Origin: Trichosphaerium sp. ATCC 40318
Lineage: Eukaryota; Protista; Tubulinea
Direction: 5' to 3'
DNA: 64,000 nucleotides
Assembly (NCBI GenBank): GCA_038496445.1
Contig: JALMLS010000373.1
Span: 62,001-126,000, forward strand
Shown here: one piece after another, positions 50,674-60,300 of the stretch
Position numbering within the stretch: position 1 is the first letter of the stretch
How the letters are laid out: every line of letters begins with the position of its first letter
Notes under the pieces: model-generated
The model's input: only the letters and a program-made list of their open reading frames with translations
Told to the model about the DNA's origin: nothing
Databases searched by the model: none
Translations under genes and position numbers: made by a program

Positions 50674-52510
50674 ACGAATGTCAACACGTTGTTGCTCGCA
50701 GTACTTGTACTGTGTTGCATCCATGGCGCGTTATGTACCACACTGTGGACAGGAACATTCGCCAATGATTGGATGGATAATTGGGGTGTTAAACATGGTG
50801 GTATTGAACCAAAGAGTGGTACTCCAGGTGGAGGTGAAGTAGTTGAAGGAGATAAGCTTAGAGTTAAATACGCACCTGTACGTATTCAATCAATATTTAC
50901 CAACTTTTGTTTCTCCGTTTCGGTTTTGATGTTTTTTTCCTCTTTTGCTTAGTATCTCGCTAGGGTGAAGCGGGCCAAAGCGGTGTATGGATGTTAGCTG
51001 TCCCTATAGATGACTTGTCTTCCTACAGAACATTATGTCTCAGGTACACATCGCGTAGAAAAAGTTTCCCCGCTCCATTTGATTTCATTAACTTGCGTCA
51101 CGTTTTTTAACGACTTTTTTTCACCGTTAGTTTTATTTTGTTCTTACTTTTAATTGACATTCTTCTATTATAGCTACAAACTCAAGGTACCAACTGGTTA
51201 CGAGTTTTGTAGGGGCGGTAAATTGCCCGGATTGTATGGAACAACAGGAGATACAAGTTTGAACTCGTTGTGCTCCGGTGGTGATCAACCAGGCCCTTGC
51301 TACTCAGCTAGGTACATGTGGAGAACAGATGGCGACGGAGAGATATACGGATACATGCCACAACCATCTAGCACGTGCGTAATGAATTTTAATTTAGTTT
51401 CAAAAAAGACTAATATTGCGCACCCGAAACTCACACTTGCTCGCTACTTGCAACCTCTCTTTCTGACATGTGTTTGTAGAGTCTGTGATGACCAAAAAAA
51501 TATCTGTAACCCTGATTTTGGTAAATCTCTTGGTCGTGGAAGATGGCAGTTTCCTGCTGATAATCAGTACCATTTATACCAACAAGAGATTACTTTGAAT
51601 ACTGGTTCAAGTTCAAATGGACGTGCACGTGTTTGGGTTGATGGAGCTCTTAAGATGGATCAAGAAGACTTACAATGGAGAAGAACTGATGATATTGTTC
51701 ACAAAGGGATATTCTTCAACACGTTCTATGGAGGCACGTGTCCAATTTCTTTTCAAAAGAACAATCATATTGTATACTTGCTACATTACATTACTTAATC
51801 ATTAAATAGGATCAAGGTCGTGGGGACCTACTCAAACGATGTACCTTTACTTTGGAGACTTTGAGATATCAACATCTTGCACGGATTCGGGTACAGGAAC
51901 ATCGCCACCTCCACCTCCACCAGCTCCAACAGCAAGTCCACCTACAATAGCACCTCCGCAAGGATCAGCTCTGGTCAACCAAGTATGCATTAACGATGCT
52001 ATAAATACAGTATCAGGCTCTTCCGTCTCTGTAAAAGTTGACTACACTAGCACGCTGACGCAAGACATGCGTAAGTTGACACTCTATATACTCGTTCTTT
52101 TCGTACTTTTCCTTTTGGCTGAAGCCCCATTAACTCTATCGTTCTAGGTGTTTCTCTATTCACTACATCGTTTGACTATATATCGCATACAGAAGTCTTA
52201 GTAAACGCTGGATCAGGAAGTGAAACGGTAACGTTTTTGGAGTTTTAGTCAGTTTTTTCCCAAGGTCTGATTTCCTCCTTAGGTCACTGTTTCCAGTGAC
52301 GATTTTAGAGGAACTGGATTCAAGATTAAAGTTACTCTCACACCGGAGGGTCAAAGTCGTAGAGATGAAACAGCTTCGAAATTCTGGGACGCTGGTGAAT
52401 CAGGATGTAGTGATATTACAGCGGATAGAGCTGCTTCTCCAGGATTTAGAGTTAACGTAGGATTGCTCCTCACAATTGCATTGGCTATGATTTCAATGTT
52501 GCTACTGTAA
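50674..52510 (+). CDS. Polysaccharide lyase family 14 (alginate/glucuronan lyase-like), secreted, probably GPI-anchored
   Basis: Signal LLLAVLVLCCIHGALC; PL14 motifs GGKLPGLYG, CSGG, SARYMWR..GDGEIYGY, GKSLGRG, GIFFNTFYGG..SW; Pro-rich linker; extra beta-rich domain; hydrophobic C-terminus GLLLTIALAMISMLLL. No in-frame ATG was found (ACG at 50674). Confidence 0.85.
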
Positions 52511-52864
52511 AGGCTGCAGTGAAGATTAAAAGCTGTTAAACTTCTTGTTACTTTGTTGTTGTAGACTCAGTCTCCATAAGCATGATAAGAATTGTGGAAG
52601 TTTTCCTGATAAATTCTCAAGCTATTTTCAACATCATTGCATTTCGTACATTATTTTCGGAGACGCAAGTCAAGCTTATACCCCAATTTTTGTATGAGTT
52701 CTGAGTATTGATAGGTACTCGCCTTCACATGGCAAATTCTGACAATATTACGAAAAGTGACGGTCAACTTCTCACAAGGTCACCACGTTTCCATGAAACA
52801 AAAGTACTATCAAGATAAAACCGAAGCAACTTCTGACAATCTGTTACAAAAAGCAAACACCTAA

Positions 52865-54852
52865 ATGACATCAACAAGTCATTTACACCTTCTGGATATC
52901 CCTGTGGAGCTCATTCTCTGTGTACTTGAGTATTTAGACTCCAACGATAATTTAGCGACATGTTGCGCATGTAAAACACTGCGCAATGCTTCTGAGGCGG
53001 ATTTCTTATGGAACGTTTTATTTGAAAAAACACTTGTACGTTATCCAACAAAAAACCCGCCCTGACAAGGCTAAGCCACACATACATTATTCTCACGCGG
53101 TTTTAACACCTTCGCCACACTTTAAAAGCCTCATCGATTCCATCAAAAAATGAATCATTGACAAAGTAGTTTTTTGTCATAACCCTTTGACAGTGTCATT
53201 ATTATTGACATGTTGACTTTAGGCAACAAAAGGGAAGTACGCATCCACATTATGGTACAGGCCACCTGAGCTGGATACAAATACATCAGAATACTCTCAA
53301 TGGTTTCCTAAAGCAAAAATGAAGTATTTTATTTCATTGTACGTTCTTTTTTGATTGCATTGTCAAATTGCTGTTAACAACTCATCAAGTATAAACACTC
53401 CTTCTTGTCAAAACCGAGACTACAACATCTCCAAGAAACTTGAAATAATACTCAATGAATACGATGATATACAACGTATGCCTGTAAAGGAGAGGAAACG
53501 TAAAATGGCGAGTGTATGTGATCCATCAATCCAAAACGGATTTTGTTTTGATGTTTGCAACAAACACGTGATTTATTTTTTTATAGTTACAAACCATGTG
53601 TTTTGAAGGGATCCCTAAAAATATGAGAGGAAAGGCATACTTTATTCTATTTGGAGGACAATCACTGAAAGCGTCTTCAACAAAAACATACAAGGTAAAC
53701 ACTACACTTTACTGCAATTGCTTAGTTGAACATAGGAGTACTTAAATGATGTTCATAACGACCACCAAAAGATCATCAATTTTATAAAATGTGTAAAGAG
53801 TGAATTTAGTTTTTTTGGCCCTACCAGACATACATTGGATACAAGTGAAGGAAAAATGTACCTATTGTGAAAGTGACAACAACTAAAACTCACTAAAGGA
53901 TACAACATCAAACACTGAATATAATGAAAGCATATACATGCTACAGAGATACTACCCTTTGGACAAGTGCGCAATTAGCCGAACTTAATAAGGATTGACA
54001 TAAGTTGCAATGTCTAGTGCAGACGTATATACCAATGTTCCTGCTATTAACAATGGATGAAGAGGTACCCTTGACACTCCTATTCATGAAGTTGAATATC
54101 TAATGCTACTTGTTTTCCTAGCATGCGTTTTGGACATATGCTGCAATCATGAGTTCAGATAAATATAGCAGATACTTTGGATCAAGTGAAGAAAGAAGTT
54201 TGTGCCCCATATTGTATAGAAGACGCTTATTAAATACTTATTACATTTAGAAATACTCACTGATGAATCAAATCACAAATGTGAAAAGGCAGTACAATAT
54301 TATTATCCGTCTTTGGCCAAGAAAATCCAAGTATGTTTTATTTGTTTTGTTGTTTGCTTCTCACTACAAAAATACTTAGCGTACTGCCCCTGATGTGTAT
54401 CAGTATTGTTATGGAATCCTTGTGTTATTTATTTATAGAACATTCACTCATGTATCATTTACATACAGGATATGGGATGTCATTTGTTTGGAAGGTAATA
54501 CCAGTTTGACACTTTTTGGTTTCAACAACTTTAATAGAAAACTTGTTAACTTTTGTTGTTAAGGAATGGAGTTTGGTTATGCAGTATTTTTGGCTTTATT
54601 TGATACAAAAAAAGGTATCCACAATACCGATAAATGGTAAAAATCAACTAAGAAAAAGACGACAGTCGATTAAGGAATTGTGTTTGGTTCTTTCCTCCTT
54701 TGTACTAAACGCTTTGCTATTTAGATTTCATGTCATTTCAAGGTCATTGCTCTCAGTTTTTTCACAATTTCTCAAAAGACGATATAACACCAGACAAGTT
54801 GATTAAAATATCAAAGGCTATTTGGTTACACAACAAACTACAATTCCTCTAA
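52865..54852 (+). CDS. F-box + TBC (Rab-GAP) domain protein, copy B
   Basis: Inverted paralog of 47147-49115 with the same exon structure; catalytic region reads CVKSEF and WTMQTYI. Confidence 0.82.
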
Positions 54853-55044
54853 AAACGCTTTACTCTAATAAATTCAAATGAAAGGTCTGGAAAAGTCGAT
54901 AATGATTGATTGTAAATCTACTCTGTATTTCAAAATATAACCTGATTGATTGTAAGTCTGCTCTGTTTTACTTCAAAATATTGATGAAGGGGAATGTGAG
55001 TTTCAAGCAAATAGAAGGCTACAGCAAGAGGAAGCAATACATTT

Positions 55045-56507
55045 TTATTCACTTTGTTTTACAAAAGTCTTTACAACAATTCCTTTCTTTGCAATGCAAT
55101 GCTCTATTAATTGTCCAGTCCGACTCCATCTCCAGTAAGATCCTTCTAATTTACCATTTTTATGTGTAGAACGTTCTTGTAGCTGTCCATTATCATACCA
55201 CATTCGAGAGAGTCCTTCTAACTTATTATTCTTCTTTATAACCTCCGTTTTAGCTGTTCCATTTTGATAGAATTGTCTTACTATTCCACTGTGCTTGTCA
55301 TCCATTTCGCTCTCTTCCTTTATTTGACCATTGTCATACCATTGTTTACTTTTACCCTCTTTTCTTCCGTTAACATAGTGACAATGTATACGTATTTGCC
55401 CTGAGATGAACCAGCTTTTAAACTCTCCATTTGTTTTACCTTCTTTTTGATGTGACTCAACATTAAGCTGTCCATTCTTGAAATATGTCCTTAACAGCTT
55501 CTCCTTCTTTCCATTAACAAAGCTACAATTAACCCTCACTTGACCGTTATCAAACCATTCTGTGTGGAGACCTCTTTTAAGTCCATTCTTGTACTGACTT
55601 TGTTGGCGAAGACTACCATTTTTATGCCACTCAAGAGATGATCCATCAAGTTTTCCATCCTTATAAAAAGCCTTATATTTCTTTCTTCCATTTGAATACC
55701 ATTTCATTATTTCACCTTGTTTGATATCGCTCTTTGATGCATATTGTATAGCCAGCACACCATTCTCAAAGTAATCTTTTGTGACACCATGTCTCTTCCC
55801 TTCTCGGAATTCAATTTCACACTTTATTCGTCCATTAGTGTGCCATGACTTATAGACACCGTCTCTTAACCCATCAACAAAACTACTCGTAAAATTCTGT
55901 TGACCACTAGGGTACCACCGAGATATTGCACCGTTAGCAATACCGCGTTCGAACTGCTGCTTTACGCATTTTTTTCCGTTAGTGTACCACGCCAACCAGG
56001 CGCCTGTACGTTTTAATTCATGATCGTAATGGCTCATCGTGGCTGCTGTTCGCGAAAGGGTATGCCACTTTGTAAAAGTGTCTCTATCGTACGCAGCAAT
56101 CTTTTGTTGGAGTTCTGGAGGTAGGCGAAGAAGCGGAGGCGTTACTACGTTGTTGGCTAGGTAAAAAATCAGTTTTAGCGTTAAATTACATTTTAACGTC
56201 ATTAACACGACGCTTCAAGCGTAGTACCGAAGAAATCAAAGTCTTTAAGCGCTGTATCGATGATATTAATTTGTAGTTCCGAGTCTGCGCTCTTAGCGCT
56301 TTTTACTTGCTCAAGCATATCAAAACGAGCTTCGCTGAGTGTTTCCCGAAGATTTTCGGCTTCTACTTGAGCATTTGCAACGATTTCTACAGCACGGTCT
56401 TTTGCATCTTGTATTATACGCTCTGCTTCTTTCCTAGCGATATTCAATATTTCTTCACACTCACTCTCGAGCTTAGCACTAAGTGACGCTATGCTGCCTT
56501 TCCACAT
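55045..56507 (-). CDS. Coiled-coil + F-box-like + MORN-variant (YwqK-type) repeat protein
   Basis: One intron (~56158-56228) joins a coiled-coil exon (EAERIIQDAKDRAVEIVANAQVEAE) to LLRLPPELQQKIAAY and about 12-13 W(Y/H/F)xNGQ-type repeats. Confidence 0.82.
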
Positions 56508-56785
56508 TGTACGAGAGCTGGCGTTGGTGCTTTGGGACCTTAATCAACACTTATTCGTATTGCTTCACAGAAGTTCTCAACTTTTGACTACTTAGTTGAA
56601 TGGTTCAGTTGTAGCTTGACTGAAGTAAATAACAACATTCAACAGGTGGAAGTTACAGCACAGTCAAGGTTTAGCAGCACGAAAAACTCATCTGCTATTC
56701 TATTCACTATGCAATATTGGAAGCAGGCTTCACACGTTTGCAACTCCGACTGAAATTGACTTCAAAACTACAAAATGAAATTAGC

Positions 56786-57151
56786 ATGACAGAAGGGTTT
56801 CCCGTTGTACGTTTATGTTTAATTCAAGTTTTTACAACCTTATACGCGTAGAAATATGTAGAGAAGCTCATAAAAGCAAAGTTATCCAATTTGAAAGGTA
56901 CTTTTCTTGTAAACCGCCAATATTTAAATTGACAACTCACTCTAGTAAATGGAGATGCCACAACGCTAACGGCGGCACATTTTACTTTTTTTGTACAAGG
57001 TACAACTCAAAACGGTCGTAAATAGACTCTAATGATAGCCATAGAGTTCATAAATAGAGCAGCGTTAATAGCAAAGGAAGCAGGGCATGATACAGTTGAA
57101 GTACAACACGTTGAAAAAATGTTAGCGCAATTCTTGTTAGACTTTGCGTGA
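56786..57151 (+). CDS. CENPX: Centromere protein X / MHF2 histone-fold protein
   Basis: Spliced MTEGFPVKYVEKLIKAKLSNLKVNGDATTLTAAHL..FVQEFINRAA...VEVQHVEKMLAQFLLDFA, ending in the CENP-X-type Q.LLDF. It needs one extra T in a poly-T run near 56986. Confidence 0.75.
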
Positions 57152-57317
57152 CATATCAATAAAACACCCTTGCCAAGCTTTTGTTGTTTTTTTTTTGTTT
57201 GTTCACTTGACTGACGAAGAAAATGTCGTAAACCTTTTCTACTCGCTTAAATATCTACTACGCAAGGTCTACAACATCACTTGGACGAGATACCGAACAG
57301 AAGAGCTGTCTTAAATC

Positions 57318-60300
57318 ATGAGACTACTCATTCTGTTCGCTATTTTAGCATTATCACGTGTACATGCGAAGGTGATAGATATTCAACCGTGGAAGGACTC
57401 TGGAGCGTATCAAAAGTGTCTTAGTACGTCTAGGTTGTTACTAATCTTTTTACCCTTATTTATTACCTCTAAAGAGATGTATCTAACACTTAATTATAGA
57501 AGTAGACCAGAGTTGGCTTTCAGTTGTTAACACGAGTGGTATTTACACTGACGGTAAAAAATTCAAGGCCCAATGTATGGGATATTCACCTACACCTATC
57601 GGTACGTTCAATAATACCTTTTATTTGTAAAATACGTCTATCCCTAAATGTCAAAGAGGGTTTTCGTTTTTTGACTTTTTTTTTGCTGTTCTCGGCTCTG
57701 CTTGTTATGTCGCTGACGTCCTCGCTTAGGTTATTCGTTTGAGGTTAATCCACATGGTGATTACTATACTTCTAATTGGAAGAACCTGTGGGAGAGGGAT
57801 TTGTTGTTAATGCACAAGGCAGGCTTGAATCTTGTGCGTCTGTGGAACTGGAACCTTCAGGTATGTCTTTGGGAACCATCAGTGTTCGGATTTTTAGGAA
57901 CTGGGGAAACCCTCCCTTTCTGACTTATTTGTGACTTAGAGTGATCACACTGAGTTTCTAGACAAGTGTAAGGAGTATGGCATGCGTGTACGCCCTTTAT
58001 TAGCGCTATAGTTCGCCGTTAAGCTGATAACAAGCGCTTAGGTTCTTGTTCCTTTTATTATGAATATAAAGATCTATCCGGACTTGAAGGATATGCCTAC
58101 ACGTCGTTTGGCTTTAGAAAACTTTAGAGCTTTCCTTGAGCGACAAAGTAAGTATTTGTCTTTTGTTGTCAACTCTTTTTCAAAGAAGGTTTTACCTTGG
58201 CTTTGAAAAGGTTATGAGTCTTGTCACAAAAAAAGACGTGAACTCTTTGTGTGCCACAAATCTTTGTTTTCTTTTTTATTTTGAAATGTCATGCGCATTT
58301 CGTGGATAGCACTACAATTAGCATTATTGACACTGCGACGCTGTTTTTAAACCTGTTTATGACACGTGACGTTTTACATAAAATAAACAAGATTTTTTTT
58401 GTGTTTTACAACTAATCTCTGTTTAGATCACCCTGCAGTGTTCGGCTATCTTATTGGAAATGAGCTTAATAAAGTACCTTCATTTAAATTAGTAAAAATG
58501 AATCTAATCACGCAATACTTTAGGAGTTCCAGACACAGCTTCCTGAGCTTTTTTCGCTTGTTAACCAAATGGTGTTTATAAGTAACCAGTAAGTCTTTTC
58601 TTGTTTAAGGGTTTGCGTGTTTTATATTCTGATAATCTCCTTTTAGGTATCATTTGGATACCTACTTCCCTGGAGAAGAAATGGTCAACGGCAAACCTAG
58701 AAAAATCCATCCTATTACAATCCCGCTCGCTGATGACGGTTCTTTTCATTCTTTATTACAAGACTACAATGAGATTTTAAATATATCTTACTGGTCATTG
58801 CAAACATATCGTAATCCATTCGATGATGGTCATACTGGAATGGGTGATGTACGTATACATGGACATACTAGTGATATTAAAGATAGATAAATAATCTCAC
58901 GTGTAGGTTTTTAACAAATTCTCAGAACTTACACAAAGCAGAAGAACGCATCTTATGATTACAGAATTTGGTGCTGACTCTAACTCACACCATCCTGAAC
59001 GTCCAAAGTCTCAAGCTGAAATGATAAAAAAGCAATGGGAAACAGTTAGGGATGGAGCTTTCTCTCTTGGCGGTTGTATTATGGTAGAACAGTCTCAACA
59101 AAACCCAAAAAAATTATTTACTCATTTTGCTAGGAATTTAATGACGAGTGGTGTAAAGGAACTTTCTCTGATACACGAAATCCTGGCCCTTGTCCGAGTT
59201 ACCAATATAAATCTCAGAGTCCCTGTTCTCATAATGTATCATATCAATTGATATATGAAGAGTATATGGGTCTTGTAGAGCTTTGGGAAGGTACGTTGTT
59301 TTGTGTAGGTTTTTTTTGTAAATGTTCTTGATTGATGTGTCTGTAGGTCCTTCAAAAGCTGGTAACAAGTTGATCAGATTGGACCATGAGTACTGTATAA
59401 AGCCTAAAGAAGCGTATTTCGCTATTGGAGAGTCATGGAATGGCAGTTTTGCTAAAACGTCACCGTGTATTGGCTCTAAGTTTCACACTCAGTTCAACGG
59501 AGAAGATTATTGTTGTTCTTTTGATAACTCATTTAAGGTTAGAAAAAAGTCGTGGCAATTCTCCCGCTGACTTTCATGTGTAGTTGACTATTATCGCTGG
59601 TGGTATTATTGGTGTTCTTGCTACTGCTGCGCCTTTTGCATTTGTTATAATGAAATCTTGTTTAAAAGACTGTGCTTGTGTAAAGAAAATGTCAAAGGCA
59701 AAGAAGAAAAAAAATGGAACAGAAAAGAGATCGAGCTCTTTATCGAATGTTGCCGGAGATACAAACCGACGCGTAACGAAGGTAAGATTCTATTGAACTA
59801 GTAAAAAAATCCAGCATGTTTCGTGACTAACTTATAGGAGGAGCTGAGTCGAGCTTTTTCGATGTTTCGCCCTAGATCCACAAAGTTGTTGAGGTAAGAA
59901 TATTATTATTTGTAGGAATTTTTTGAGAATGTAATGTTTGGTGCTCTGTAGGGAGAGATTACTTCGATCTATAACTGATATGCTTGATGCCCAAATAGTT
60001 AAAGATTATGATATTGCATTACGCGTTGTTTATCAGCGTTACATGGAAGGTTATTATATCTGGAAGGGCAAGAAAGACTTTGAGACAGCTGTAGACACCA
60101 AAAAGATTTTGGACGAACTTGCTCTCTACGTATTTACTTGCCAAACCGCTGGTAAGAATTAAGAAAGTAATTGATATGTTTGCATACTAAATATTGTACA
60201 GGAACCATTAATCATTCTCCAGAGAAAGTTATGGAGGTAAATGTTTACGAAGTTTTCTCAGAACATTCAGCACTATTTAGCATTTGCGCTCTTTTTGATA

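Larger units (their letters stand above)
47147..54852. repeat. Large inverted duplication: arms ~47147-50618 and 51316-54852, 697-bp spacer
   Basis: ORF pairs are mirrored with identical or near-identical translations (48915-49115/52865-53065, 48373-48624/53355-53606, 49594-49785/52163-52354). The inner breakpoint is CTCCACAT(50618) / ATGTGGAG(51316). Confidence 0.97.

Noticed and set aside
53036-53222. In-frame TGA after the F-box (NPP*), suggesting readthrough or selenocysteine
   Set aside because: It lies inside a GT-AG intron whose removal gives an open frame in both copies.
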